From positions 63,704 through 127,703 of the IMG/VR virus record IMGVR_UViG_3300046318_000520: a DNA stretch of 64,000 nucleotides. One strand, given 5' to 3'. The stretch comes from a virus. The number at the start of each line of letters is the position of its first letter. The stretch's first letter is position 1. The notes under the pieces were generated by a model that did no database searches, was not told where the DNA came from, and saw only the letters and a program-made list of their open reading frames with translations. Shown in pieces: positions 1 through 10,302 of this stretch. Made by a program: the position numbers and the translations under genes.

Positions 1-674
1 ATAGTATCAACCAGTTCAATATGCTCACATTGGATATCCCAGCGTTGACTTATTACATCAAACCTGTCAGAGAAAGAATCATCACCTATCATGTCGTAGT
101 TGTGAAACTTTACCAACTCTGTTTCGTCTGGTCTGTATTTCTTAATGAGCCTCATGTTGTCTTGAAAAGATTTACCATGAGCATAAAGCTCACCATCCAG
201 TATAAAACCTTCAGGAAGTTTACGCAGGTCAGCCAGGATGTGTTCACAAGTGTCAATAGGAGATCCGGTTCTGGAAGTCAGACTGGCATTAGGACCACAA
301 ACAGCAAGAGCTCTCATGCCGTCAAGTTTAGGCTGGACGTAAACGACATTAGTATGCCAGTTGATCTTGTGACCATGGTCTTTAAAATCTTTAGCCAACA
401 TAGGAAGTACAACTGCAACAGTATTAGCTGCTTCTATAGTGGTGAAATAGTCCTCTTTGAGCTTTTCTGCTATTTTGCTTTGCATTTCTGAGATAGCTTG
501 CTCTTCAGCTGTACTTTCATTAGACTTACCTACGTTCTTAGGTTTACATGTTTTACGGTTAGTTACCAGGTTACCATCCAGTAACCCTGCTGATTGTACC
601 AGGTCAGCTCCTTCTGTATAAATATTTAAGATACGAATCTTACCTTTGCTGTCTTTTTTATATAAGCTTATCAT
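1..674 (-). CDS. ATP-dependent DNA ligase (N-terminal part; runs off the window edge; absent from ORF track)
   Basis: Manual translation from ATG 674: MISLYKKDSKGKIR...VLPMLAKDF...VQPKLDGMRALA; KxDG adenylation motif preceded by PMLA. Confidence 0.9.
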   Translation of the reverse strand, partial: MISLYKKDSKGKIRILNIYTEGADLVQSAGLLDGNLVTNRKTCKPKNVGKSNESTAEEQAISEMQSKIAEKLKEDYFTTIEAANTVAVVLPMLAKDFKDHGHKINWHTNVVYVQPKLDGMRALAVCGPNASLTSRTGSPIDTCEHILADLRKLPEGFILDGELYAHGKSFQDNMRLIKKYRPDETELVKFHNYDMIGDDSFSDRFDVISQRWDIQCEHIELVDT

Positions 675-1005
675 TTTCTTTGCGTTTGTTGTCAATATAA
701 GTTTCTAATAATTCATCTACTTCTTCCAGTTCTTCTGCAGTCAGCTGTGAAAACTTTTCTGTAAGCAGCATGACATAGACAAGATCTGTATTGTCAAGCT
801 CCTTTTTTATTTTAAGTACCACATCTGAGCTGGGAAGAAGATCACAGAGGTGGTTAATAGCCACCTCTACTTTCTTCTGGGATTGGGCCAGTGTATATTT
901 TTGCTTATGACTTAATAGTGATTTTGCAAAATCAAGCCTGATCTCTATACACTTCATGTGTTGCATGACGCACATAAATAGTTCTCCAATAGTTCCTTTA
1001 TCCAT
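658..1005 (-). CDS. hypothetical protein
   Basis: 115-aa ORF packed in the replication operon. Confidence 0.7.
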   Translation of the reverse strand: MDKGTIGELFMCVMQHMKCIEIRLDFAKSLLSHKQKYTLAQSQKKVEVAINHLCDLLPSSDVVLKIKKELDNTDLVYVMLLTEKFSQLTAEELEEVDELLETYIDNKRKENDKLI

Positions 1006-1008
1006 AGA

Positions 1009-1848
1009 TTACATGAATGTTACTCCGTATATTTCTTTTACATTACTGGGTTCTATGTTCACTTGTACAAGATCTTGTACAGTTTCTTGTACAGGTTCTA
1101 AGATCTGAACTGGTTTTTGAATACCTGTATTAAGCATGCCGTACTGATCTATAAAAAAGCTGTGTACTTTTTGATGATCTGACAGATAGCTCAACGGATG
1201 GGATTCTTTTAAAGAAAGCGTGATGTGATTGTATAGGGCCCATGCTGAATCCGGATGGCAATTATAGTTGAAACTGGGCTTATCCATTTCACGCTTTACT
1301 ATACCAGTCTGGGTCAGGGTGAGAATTTCCTGCTCAGCAAAAAGCCGACCAAGGATAGTTCCTTTTTCCCTGGGTGTAAGTATCACATCTTTGAGTATTT
1401 CTTTGTCCTGGATCAGCTCATCATAGTGCTGTCTTGCGTTAGCAATCTGGTTAATAATATTAGACTCTACATCATAGAGTGCAGAGCCGGAATGTTTGCG
1501 GGAATAGGTCATCATATCAGAAGATATAACCCCGTTCATACATACAAAGACGCTGGCTCCAACGGCACATTTAAACCTGAGTTGCTTGTTATAAGAGTTA
1601 CACCAGGCAAACATCATTCCCATATCCTTATCGGTGGAATGTGAAAGCTTGATGGTTCCCTGGGCAACCTGCTGGTCCATGGTTGCCTTGTATGTGGTGC
1701 TTTGAATCTCCAATCCAGCCTGGTGAAGTTCCTGGCTGATTTTATCTATGACATAACCGTGTGGAATAACAGCATACTTGTTGCCATGCTGGGGCAGAGC
1801 TACGGAACGTAGGTCTTGTTCTGATACAATAAGCGTTTTTGCGGGCAT
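1009..1848 (-). CDS. DUF932-like protein
   Basis: NSYN...GASVFVCMNG...RKHSG and SAWALYN motifs resemble DUF932. Confidence 0.6.
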   Translation of the reverse strand: MPAKTLIVSEQDLRSVALPQHGNKYAVIPHGYVIDKISQELHQAGLEIQSTTYKATMDQQVAQGTIKLSHSTDKDMGMMFAWCNSYNKQLRFKCAVGASVFVCMNGVISSDMMTYSRKHSGSALYDVESNIINQIANARQHYDELIQDKEILKDVILTPREKGTILGRLFAEQEILTLTQTGIVKREMDKPSFNYNCHPDSAWALYNHITLSLKESHPLSYLSDHQKVHSFFIDQYGMLNTGIQKPVQILEPVQETVQDLVQVNIEPSNVKEIYGVTFM

Positions 1849-1857
1849 ATTATTCTG

Positions 1858-3798
1858 TTAAAAAAGTGAGAGTTGTTGAAATGCACTGGGTCTTGTGGTC
1901 TCTATCTGTTCTATTTGTTTATTTATTTCTTCCAAGTAGTAGTTTATATTGATCTTATAATCTGAAAATGGGACAGATGGATCCATCTTATTGACGACAG
2001 TCTGCATCCATTCACCGGATTCTACTTGTATAGAGCGGCCATCCGGATTACACTTTACAAGCTTGACGCCATCGGAGGAAATAAAATACCTGACGATCTT
2101 CTGTAACCGGTTAATTGTTAGTGTTCCCATGTTGATAAACCTTTCTTCAAAATACCAGACACTTTTGGATTTGACACCTGCACAATAGTCAAGAATATCC
2201 TGGTTCTGCATTAGAAAAGTCCTGGGTTCTATGCCGTTAACAAAATATGCATAGATGGCTTTGGGAATAATCAGAAAGCTTTTGTTCTTGTGAAACACAC
2301 TCACTTTCTTTTTAGCAAGGTCTTCCCATTCAAAAGCACCTTTGCATTTTACTTTTCCCTTCTTATTAATAGCAATATAATTGTTAACGTCACGGATAAT
2401 CATCTTGGAATACTCATCATGTTCCAGGTCAAGCTTAGTCAACATAGACCAGCGTTGACAGATCTCCATATATTTTTCAATCTTATCCGTAGGCAGCATG
2501 GTCTCCATACCGTCTGTGTTTTGCATGAGTGGTATGGCTTCCGGGATTTCTTCACAGATCATTTCATAAAGCATGCTTAACAACAACTGACCATTAATAG
2601 TAATCTGCATGGTCATCTTTGGATCGTATAGAAAACTGTTTTCGTCACCAGTAAGACCGTATGTACTGTTAAGAATAATCTTAAAGACATAGTTCTTGGG
2701 ATCTGTTTTAGGAATCTTTTTACGTTCATCAAAGAACCATTCATAGAGTTCAGTGAATTCATCCTGAGGAATATGTTCCGGATGAAACTTATTACGGATA
2801 GCCAGGTTAGGATAAAAACTCACAACATCTGAAGTGATGATGGTCCAGCCAGGAGGTGCTTCATAAACACCTGTAGCACGAGCACCGTGAATACCACCGA
2901 GCCCATAGTCTGTATTCATACCTTTATACTTGACCGTATACTTAAACCCGTCTTTAGTGGACGTGATTACCTTGGTTCTCAGATAGTCATGCATCTTTTG
3001 AAATTCAGGTGTGTTAAACTTGATATACGGAAGCATGCACTGGCCAAGATAGATCTCCGTGCGTGGTGTACGCAGCGTTTTGATTTCTGACTTATGCCAT
3101 CCCAGTTTCTTGGAAAGAAAGTGCAGGAACAGTTCTTTAGATATCCTTGGTTCAGATGCACTGTACAGGTCTATGCCGTATTCCTTGGTTAGGTTCTGGC
3201 GCAGGACAATCTGTTCCTTGGAATGAACCAAGATCTGCTTAGTAGACAAGACGTCATTAATACAATATTTGATCACACTTTGCAACTGGTCATTATTTGT
3301 AACCGGTTGATTGTGATGATGAGGCATCTCCTCTACGTTCTCCCAGTCTATGGAATACTGTATCCATTTCAAAGAACTCATCTTGGCTTTGTTATCCCAG
3401 TGATTCATCTTAAAAAGATCTATCTGCCTGATCTTGATCTGGTCAGGACGGTACTGCTGGAATTCATTTCTGTTAGAGCGTTCAATGATTTCCTGGGCCT
3501 TGCTGTATATTTCTTTTACAAGGTCAGCTGTACTTAGCCTGAGCAGGTCACGCTGCTTAAAAAGCATCCATTGTGTAATCTGTGCATCAAAAGCCAGTCC
3601 GTTGTAGGAAATATGCCACTGATTAAGATTGACACAGTCGTTAAGAAACTGTACCATCTCAGGAAAATCATTCTGATCTTCATGAATGACAAACACTTTT
3701 TTGACAGACTCATCTTTATAGTGTTGAAACACTGCTACAAAGCAGTTCACTATTGTCTCATAATCCATTACCCAATGCGTAGGTGTTGCTGTTTTCAT
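1858..3798 (-). CDS. polB: family B DNA polymerase (crAss-like type)
   Basis: Exonuclease motifs DYE, YNGLAFD, YCIND; polymerase motifs SDVVSFYPN, KIILNSTYG, NTDG. Confidence 0.93.
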   Translation of the reverse strand: MKTATPTHWVMDYETIVNCFVAVFQHYKDESVKKVFVIHEDQNDFPEMVQFLNDCVNLNQWHISYNGLAFDAQITQWMLFKQRDLLRLSTADLVKEIYSKAQEIIERSNRNEFQQYRPDQIKIRQIDLFKMNHWDNKAKMSSLKWIQYSIDWENVEEMPHHHNQPVTNNDQLQSVIKYCINDVLSTKQILVHSKEQIVLRQNLTKEYGIDLYSASEPRISKELFLHFLSKKLGWHKSEIKTLRTPRTEIYLGQCMLPYIKFNTPEFQKMHDYLRTKVITSTKDGFKYTVKYKGMNTDYGLGGIHGARATGVYEAPPGWTIITSDVVSFYPNLAIRNKFHPEHIPQDEFTELYEWFFDERKKIPKTDPKNYVFKIILNSTYGLTGDENSFLYDPKMTMQITINGQLLLSMLYEMICEEIPEAIPLMQNTDGMETMLPTDKIEKYMEICQRWSMLTKLDLEHDEYSKMIIRDVNNYIAINKKGKVKCKGAFEWEDLAKKKVSVFHKNKSFLIIPKAIYAYFVNGIEPRTFLMQNQDILDYCAGVKSKSVWYFEERFINMGTLTINRLQKIVRYFISSDGVKLVKCNPDGRSIQVESGEWMQTVVNKMDPSVPFSDYKININYYLEEINKQIEQIETTRPSAFQQLSLF

Positions 3799-3840
3799 AT
3801 TGTATAGTGTTCAGTTAAGCTGTCCCCCCTTGATATTAAT

Positions 3841-3869
3841 GAAAAAAAAGGGAGACGTTAATCTCCCTT
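3841..3869 (-). terminator. intrinsic terminator
   Basis: AAGGGAGA/TCTCCCTT hairpin followed by a U-tract on the minus strand. Confidence 0.7.
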
Positions 3870-3893
3870 GTATTCATAGACATATGATCTAAC

Positions 3894-4307
3894 TTAGATA
3901 GTAATCAGATTACTAGCTTTGGTTTCTACAGGAGTCTCTGTTTTTTGTTCCAGGTATTGATTGTAATCAAATACATCAGAATTCAGAGCAATCATGTTGA
4001 TCAGTTCTTTGATCTCTTCTTTGGTTTCTATATAGTATTCATAATAGGTTTCCATTGTCTGGCGGGATTCTGCATAGTCTTTTCCACCGGGACGCTTGCC
4101 AATCTTAAGCATCTCAGGATCACCCAGGGCATTAAGCTTTGGTACCATCTGCAGTGTTTCTTTCTTTTCTTTGCCAATAAGAGCAAGCACACCTACTTCA
4201 AGGTCATAAATAGCTTCGTTGTATGGAGCTTCTATCGTGGCTGGGATCAGTCTGAAAGTTTTTTTGTTACCCCATGTGGAAGTAACCAATAACATTGATT
4301 TATTCAT
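3894..4307 (-). CDS. hypothetical protein
   Basis: 137-aa ORF. Confidence 0.7.
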   Translation of the reverse strand: MNKSMLLVTSTWGNKKTFRLIPATIEAPYNEAIYDLEVGVLALIGKEKKETLQMVPKLNALGDPEMLKIGKRPGGKDYAESRQTMETYYEYYIETKEEIKELINMIALNSDVFDYNQYLEQKTETPVETKASNLITI

Positions 4308-4330
4308 AAGTTCTCTATTTATTCTACAAA

Positions 4331-4891
4331 TTAAACACCTTTATTTAAGCTCTCCAAATTTTCTACAGGAATTTTTAAAGTTTCTTTGTCCATATCCCAG
4401 CTGTCACAGAGTTCTCCGATCTTTTTTAGGAGACTGGGATCTACGTTTAACAGCTTGGCATACACCTCGTAATACTTCTCAGGGTATAAATACGAGTCTA
4501 TGTATTTGTATTCTGAAGAAAGCTCACCGTAGTATTCCTTGATGGCCTTTTTGAGCATGGTACTAAGCTTACTGTATTTTCCTGTAAGAAAGTGAAACCA
4601 GTCATTCTGGTACACCTCAAAATCAAAAACATAAATATTGTAATCCTGGATGTGAATAACCTCTTTGTACAAGGGGTTACCTGTCAACATCTGGGATTCA
4701 AAGGCCAGAAATTCTTCTGTCTTATCTGCTCTATAGCTGACAATTAGTTTTATATCATCTGCTCCGTATAAGTCATGTAAGGATATATACGTACCAGAGG
4801 GACTAAATGCACTGCTTTTTTTAATACCTAAAACAGGGAACAAAAAACTTCTGGACTTTTGAAAGTACTTTCCATACAATGAGTCTATCAT
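4331..4891 (-). CDS. hypothetical protein
   Basis: 186-aa ORF co-oriented with neighbours. Confidence 0.75.
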   Translation of the reverse strand: MIDSLYGKYFQKSRSFLFPVLGIKKSSAFSPSGTYISLHDLYGADDIKLIVSYRADKTEEFLAFESQMLTGNPLYKEVIHIQDYNIYVFDFEVYQNDWFHFLTGKYSKLSTMLKKAIKEYYGELSSEYKYIDSYLYPEKYYEVYAKLLNVDPSLLKKIGELCDSWDMDKETLKIPVENLESLNKGV

Positions 4892-4900
4892 ATTTATTTC

Positions 4901-5932
4901 TTATAGAACTACGTTGCCTTTTGCAAACTCATAGGGCAGGTCGTAGCTCCGGTTCACATAATGCCATTCAGCTGTCTCTAGCACTGTCTTAAATCTATCT
5001 AACCACTTGTTAAGTGTGGTTTCTGTAACAGGAAAGGAATAGGTTTGGAAAGCCCGGTCAATCACTACAAAGTGAAACTTCACCTGGTACTTATCTTCTT
5101 CTATAAGCTTAAGGTACAATCCGGCTATCATAATCATGTACACCACACATTGTAACCAGTATGAATAGTATTCCACACTCTCCGGGAAGTCTTTCAGATC
5201 CTTAGAGGTTGTCTTGATATCATTGACATAGATGATCTTATTATCATGGTCTATTACAATGTTATCAATGATACCCTTCAGACCAAAGATCTTACCAGGG
5301 ATGTCCATCTGCAGCATCTGCTCGTTGATCACTTCTATGTTATCAAACTCAGAAACATCAGATCCAATAAGACTGCAAACAGCTTTGTTAGTCTTGACAA
5401 TTTCTACGGCACTGCTGCAAAACTTAAAGGTTTCTTCGTCAATGAGGGTTTTAGAACCCTTCATCTTAAGAAAAGACCAGTATATGAATGCTTCAGCTGT
5501 CATTATTTTCTCTAAACGCTGCTTATCAGTCTTAAGACTCTGGTGATAGTTCATATCCATCATAACATCCAGAATAGCTCCTTCAAATTCTTCTAGCTTT
5601 TCCCTGGGATCACCGTTGCGTGAAAGCTCTACATGATGACGGTACACTCTGTCTATTACAATACGGAGGTTACCGGATGGTAGTGTGGCAGGGGAGACCA
5701 TGAATTCTTTTTCAAACTTTTCAGGTTCTAAAAGCAATAGATGAATAAGCTTACCCTGAACCAGATGTGTATCCAGTCTTTCTTCTTTAAGTCCCAGCAC
5801 ATACATTTGATAAAAAACCTGGGGATTCCATATCAGCTTGTTAAGACTACTATAAGAGTAGTAGAACTTGCTGGCGTAAAATGATTTTTCCTGGATCTGA
5901 ATGCTTTCTTGCATTAATTCTTCTAGTTCCAT
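4901..5932 (-). CDS. PD-(D/E)XK exonuclease (RecE/ExoVIII-like)
   Basis: SYSSL, GKLIHLLLLEP, KGIIDN...DIKTT and YWLQ motifs. Confidence 0.8.
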   Translation of the reverse strand: MELEELMQESIQIQEKSFYASKFYYSYSSLNKLIWNPQVFYQMYVLGLKEERLDTHLVQGKLIHLLLLEPEKFEKEFMVSPATLPSGNLRIVIDRVYRHHVELSRNGDPREKLEEFEGAILDVMMDMNYHQSLKTDKQRLEKIMTAEAFIYWSFLKMKGSKTLIDEETFKFCSSAVEIVKTNKAVCSLIGSDVSEFDNIEVINEQMLQMDIPGKIFGLKGIIDNIVIDHDNKIIYVNDIKTTSKDLKDFPESVEYYSYWLQCVVYMIMIAGLYLKLIEEDKYQVKFHFVVIDRAFQTYSFPVTETTLNKWLDRFKTVLETAEWHYVNRSYDLPYEFAKGNVVL

Positions 5933-5954
5933 GATTTAATTTTCTTTTGTATGA

Positions 5955-6395
5955 TTATTTATTCTTTGATGTCCAGGCATTCATTGCCCTGTCACCATGT
6001 CCAATAACACAACTTCTGCAGAGAACAGAAACCCATCCGGATGTTACTCCCAGGTCTTGTTCTGATCCACAGTCCTGGCAGGTGTGATTACACATATGTT
6101 CAGCCATGCTGATCATACCTTCTACAATGTCGTCATGACCGTTGGTATAGAACCTGAGTCCTCCGAACTTTTCTTTTAGCTGCACACAAGTGACCTGCTT
6201 AGGCTTGAGCGGGTCATGCTTGGTATACCGGGTTGTCTTATCTATATAGTTTTGGATAGCACCACAGAGCTTGTCTATAATAGATAGCCAACCGGTAGGT
6301 GCATCCTGCCAATTACACTGTCCGGGATTACCTTCGTAGTCCTGAAAGATCTTGGGATACTTAGCTATTAGTCCTTCTGTAGATATCTTTTCCAT
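5955..6395 (-). CDS. conserved phage protein with C-terminal Zn finger
   Basis: QLKEKFGGLRFY motif; CQDCG...LCRSC. Confidence 0.7.
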   Translation of the reverse strand: MEKISTEGLIAKYPKIFQDYEGNPGQCNWQDAPTGWLSIIDKLCGAIQNYIDKTTRYTKHDPLKPKQVTCVQLKEKFGGLRFYTNGHDDIVEGMISMAEHMCNHTCQDCGSEQDLGVTSGWVSVLCRSCVIGHGDRAMNAWTSKNK

Positions 6396-6619
6396 ACACC
6401 TTGTTCTGTTAAAAATGTACTGATACGTTTAGCTGTAGCCTGGTCATAAGTAAGGGCTTCGGTCATTTCAATAAAATGATAAAGCTCATCTATCTTTTTA
6501 TTGGCAGTGTCTAGTTCTGCTATATAAAAATCAGCATCACTTTGCATGGCTTCATTATACTCCTGTTGGTAATCAACTGCAGCATCTATAGTCTCTACGG
6601 AAAACATTGGGTCTTGCAT
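6368..6619 (-). CDS. hypothetical protein
   Basis: 83-aa ORF overlapping the next gene. Confidence 0.6.
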   Translation of the reverse strand: MQDPMFSVETIDAAVDYQQEYNEAMQSDADFYIAELDTANKKIDELYHFIEMTEALTYDQATAKRISTFLTEQGVWKRYLQKD

Positions 6620-6621
6620 AG

Positions 6622-6861
6622 TTATTTTTTTAATTTATCAAGTATTTTTTGCATCTCAGCAAGCACCTTCCTGTTCATATGATGGGTGCTTTTAGGGTCC
6701 GGGTCCAGCTCAGAAAGCGTTCTGTATCTTTCTTTAAGCTTAACCAGTTCCATGTTGTTGTTCTCCATAGCATCAGCTACTCTTTTAAGTTGAATGGCAA
6801 TCTCTGGAAAGGTGTGCTCTATAAGCTTACGACCCATCATGGTCTCGTGTAATTCAGGCAT
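6622..6861 (-). CDS. hypothetical protein
   Basis: 79-aa ORF in operon. Confidence 0.6.
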   Translation of the reverse strand: MPELHETMMGRKLIEHTFPEIAIQLKRVADAMENNNMELVKLKERYRTLSELDPDPKSTHHMNRKVLAEMQKILDKLKK

Positions 6862-6863
6862 GT

Positions 6864-7250
6864 TTACTTTTTTTCTGTTTTAGTTTTTACATTATGACAA
6901 GCCTCACAGAGTACCTGCAGGTTGTCTATTTCACAAAAGAGTCTTTCTACAAACCCTGGTAGGTCTTGTGCACAATTAAGACTTCCTGCTGGGCAAATAT
7001 GATCCACGTTTATAAGTTTATCAGCGTACCATTTTAAACATTGGGCACACTGATACTCAAACTTTTGACGTTTATTTGGTCCTTTGTAGGGTCTCTTGGC
7101 TTCAAGCTTGCACTGTGTAATGGGTTTCCACCAGCGGGATTTTTGTCTTAAAGCAGATCGGATAAAGCTCCAGAAAGCAGACTCAGTCATAGTACCCGCG
7201 TTGCGGGTCTTGGTCACTCTTGGTTTTTTAGTAGTCTTGGCACGGCTCAT
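6864..7250 (-). CDS. HNH endonuclease
   Basis: CAQC...VDHI...NLQVLCEACHNVKT. Confidence 0.85.
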   Translation of the reverse strand: MSRAKTTKKPRVTKTRNAGTMTESAFWSFIRSALRQKSRWWKPITQCKLEAKRPYKGPNKRQKFEYQCAQCLKWYADKLINVDHICPAGSLNCAQDLPGFVERLFCEIDNLQVLCEACHNVKTKTEKK

Positions 7251-7308
7251 ATATGTAGAAGTTAGCTCTACAAATATAAGGAAGTTCTATATTTTAATAA
7301 TGTAGACT

Positions 7309-8289
7309 TTATACATACGCTCCTGTTTTTTTATTCAGCAGCGGAACCAGCCGGTTGCGTACTTCCTTGGCACCAAAATCCCTGATAGAATCTGAGAGAT
7401 CCTTGCTCATTGGTAACAGTAAAGGATGGATTTTATAATCATCCCTGTATTTTTCCATGGCTTTTATGCCAGGCTCGTCATTGTCAAACATGGCAATGAC
7501 AGTAGAATACATTTCTTTGTAATCATCTATAAGATTCTTACGTATCATACTGTTTTCTGAGTCAGGAGCTATGACATCTACGTTTAACCTCAGGCTTTTC
7601 AAGCTCATGATGTCTTTCAAACTGGAGGCAATCACAAGTGTGTGGTGGCCTTCTAGTTGTTCAGAGCCCTGTACATAGTCTCTGATCTTGAGAAACTTCT
7701 TATCCTGGGTTTTAGGTTGGTAAATCTTATATAGAGCACCATCTTCCTTGTAATAACCATAGATATAATTTCCTTTTATGTACAGTTCCTTGTCATCCTT
7801 GGTCATCTTGTAATAATCCAGTGGACGCACGTGATACTGGTCCAGTAATTTAGAACCAATATTAAACTGTGTCCAGTAATACTGATCCTGGCTGCTCCAG
7901 CTTCTAAAACAAACCTGCTCCACCTTATACTTAGAAGCCTGTTTGAATTCCTTCAAGTCGTAGCCTCCGTTATTATGCAGCACAAAGTCATTGTATTTTT
8001 CTACAATGAGCCCGCAGCTTTTATAAAAGCTCAGGCTGGTGATTTCCTTTACCAGGGTAAGATGGTCACCACCTATGCCGGTAGAAAAATCCTTAAACTT
8101 ATACTGCTGTTTTTTATCATCAAAGTAAATACACATACTGGGTGTTTTCTCCTTGGGATTAAACATGGATTTTACCTTGACGTCCTGGCCGCTGAGCTTT
8201 TCCTTTAGCTCACAAAAATGTTCAAACACCCAGGGTACCGGAACATCTTTGATATCATGTACTAGATTTTTTGTGTTAAACATAAACAT
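7309..8289 (-). CDS. DNA primase (TOPRIM)
   Basis: EKTPSM...FKDFSTGIGGD N-terminal domain; SLKD and FDNDEPG, KDLSD TOPRIM motifs. Confidence 0.85.
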   Translation of the reverse strand: MFMFNTKNLVHDIKDVPVPWVFEHFCELKEKLSGQDVKVKSMFNPKEKTPSMCIYFDDKKQQYKFKDFSTGIGGDHLTLVKEITSLSFYKSCGLIVEKYNDFVLHNNGGYDLKEFKQASKYKVEQVCFRSWSSQDQYYWTQFNIGSKLLDQYHVRPLDYYKMTKDDKELYIKGNYIYGYYKEDGALYKIYQPKTQDKKFLKIRDYVQGSEQLEGHHTLVIASSLKDIMSLKSLRLNVDVIAPDSENSMIRKNLIDDYKEMYSTVIAMFDNDEPGIKAMEKYRDDYKIHPLLLPMSKDLSDSIRDFGAKEVRNRLVPLLNKKTGAYV

Positions 8290-8368
8290 ATATTGAGAGT
8301 AAATAAAAAGAGGGGAAAGTAGAAACCCTCCCCGTAATCAAACAATTAAAAATGAACACAGACAGATT

Positions 8369-8980
8369 TTACATATCAAAATCATCATTGATCGGCTCAA
8401 AACTGCTCACAGTTTTAGTGATCAAAGGTTTAAAATGATATTGGTTTGACTTGTCAAACTTATCCAGTTTGGTTTCGTCAAGGTTTACAAACTTGTACCT
8501 TGGCAAAGAGAGTTTAAGAATGGTTTTACCATTGTATTCTTCTTCTGTTCCTTTAAGGAACCAGTAAGAATCCCTGCCTTTAAGTACCTTGATTGCTTGT
8601 GCAACCCAGTCTTCCAAAGAAGACGCAGAAATGTTATCCAGTTCAGCTCTCAGACCAAGCTCAATAGAGATGGCTGTAAGTTTAAACATGATCTCATTTT
8701 TCATCGGGTTGGTTTCATTGTGCTGATCTGTCCACATAGTAGCTGTTACTCTGCCTGACTGACCTTTAAACTTTGGACCATTCTCTTCTCCACGATTGAT
8801 AGACCAGCCCTCAAAGTTTTCCAACGCTGGTCCTTCCAGTGTCAGTTCTAAAACTTTCTTGTCACCTGCACGGCTGGTTCTCACCTGGCCATCAAAGATG
8901 TGGGCATACACTACTCCGGGCTGAAGGGATTTTTCTGATCCACCGGTTGTCTTTACTTCTTGTCCTTTTGTACTAAACAT
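8369..8980 (-). CDS. putative single-stranded DNA-binding protein
   Basis: Lies between primase and Sak4-like ATPase; acidic C-terminus INDDFDM. Confidence 0.5.
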   Translation of the reverse strand: MFSTKGQEVKTTGGSEKSLQPGVVYAHIFDGQVRTSRAGDKKVLELTLEGPALENFEGWSINRGEENGPKFKGQSGRVTATMWTDQHNETNPMKNEIMFKLTAISIELGLRAELDNISASSLEDWVAQAIKVLKGRDSYWFLKGTEEEYNGKTILKLSLPRYKFVNLDETKLDKFDKSNQYHFKPLITKTVSSFEPINDDFDM

Positions 8981-9009
8981 GTTACTGGGTTTTGATTGAA
9001 TAATAAATA

Positions 9010-9693
9010 TCAGTTTTCATAGGCCAGGATTGAATCCTTGACCAGGTTAAGATCATTGGGAATCTCTGCTGTGTCAAACATCCCACGGGGTGACTTGCAG
9101 GTGTTCTCACCGTTGTTTTGGGTTTCAAACACATACCTTAGTTCTCCGTCTTTGTTCTTTTTTACCTTGCCAAAAAGCACGATAGAAAACAGACCTTCCA
9201 GAGAAAGCTTTTCGTCCACCATTTTACCGATGGTCTTGGCTTTAACCTTGCGTTTGCCTTCTGTATCCGTAGATTCTTCAGCATGGGTTAAAAAGATAAT
9301 AGTCAGATCATCTCTCAGATCTTTTGGCAGTCGTGCAATACGTGCCAGGTGTGCACCAATACGAGTGAACTTTTCATATCCTTTTTCATCTACGGAATCA
9401 AAGAATTCAAAAGAGCTCATATACTGGAAGTCATCTACAATGATGGTCTTGATCTCGGTACGCTTCTCATTGACGTAGCGCATACAAGCCTCTATCTGCT
9501 GAGGGCTGGATCCACCATACAGGTTACCGGTAGGATTGTCTTTACTCCAGACACTATACCTTTTCTTCCAGCCTTTGAAGGGCAGGGGCTTGTTTGCCAC
9601 GTTAATAATAAATGTTTCCTTAGGATCAAGATTCTCTATACTGGTTGATTTACCAGTACCGGGGTCTGCAATTATCAATATTCCTTGTGCCAT
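9010..9693 (-). CDS. AAA_24/Sak4-like recombination ATPase
   Basis: Walker A ADPGTGKST; IIVDD Walker B; KSPRGMF...IPNDL. Confidence 0.8.
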   Translation of the reverse strand: MAQGILIIADPGTGKSTSIENLDPKETFIINVANKPLPFKGWKKRYSVWSKDNPTGNLYGGSSPQQIEACMRYVNEKRTEIKTIIVDDFQYMSSFEFFDSVDEKGYEKFTRIGAHLARIARLPKDLRDDLTIIFLTHAEESTDTEGKRKVKAKTIGKMVDEKLSLEGLFSIVLFGKVKKNKDGELRYVFETQNNGENTCKSPRGMFDTAEIPNDLNLVKDSILAYEN

Positions 9694-9695
9694 AA

Positions 9696-10292
9696 TTAAA
9701 AGGGTAAATTGTTATACGGTTTTACAATAAGGTCATTGATCCAGGATTTAAAGCTCACAGGTCTTCCTGTGTGAATAGCAATGTAATCCCTGATAGTCAT
9801 TTCTGCATAAGGAGCATCTGCTTTAGGAGCAAGCTGTTCTGCAGCAGGTTTAGATTGTTCCTCAGGTACAGGTTTTGAACTAAACACTTTATCAAAACTT
9901 GCAACAGCAGAACCTTTTGATATGGCTACAGCTGTAGGGTTTACTACACGCAGCTCATCAAGAGGAACCAAATAAGATCCTTTCTCATTGAGTTCATACT
10001 CTTCATCAAAAGCATTGTTAAAGGGAACCCTGTATACCCTGCGCTCTGTATCCAAAGGATCCAGGTTACGGGTAACCAGTTCAAAATAAAAGCCCTTTTC
10101 TTTTTTAAATTCAGATGCAAAGATTCCTATGACCTGACGCTTGCGGTCATCATAGAAAGGCATCTTCATGTTAAAATCTAAAGGGGAGATCTCCAGGTCT
10201 TTAATAAGATCCATATGATGCTGACGGATAGCGTCAAGCTTCTGCCGCTTCCGTTCCTTCACCTCATCAGGGCTTTGTGTGTAATTATTCAT
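9696..10292 (-). CDS. hypothetical protein
   Basis: 198-aa ORF in operon. Confidence 0.7.
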   Translation of the reverse strand: MNNYTQSPDEVKERKRQKLDAIRQHHMDLIKDLEISPLDFNMKMPFYDDRKRQVIGIFASEFKKEKGFYFELVTRNLDPLDTERRVYRVPFNNAFDEEYELNEKGSYLVPLDELRVVNPTAVAISKGSAVASFDKVFSSKPVPEEQSKPAAEQLAPKADAPYAEMTIRDYIAIHTGRPVSFKSWINDLIVKPYNNLPF

Positions 10293-10302
10293 GTGTTATT
10301 GT

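Noticed and set aside
21-491. 156-aa plus-strand ORF in the track
   Set aside because: Antisense shadow of the DNA ligase gene; the same applies to most overlapping opposite-strand ORFs in the track.
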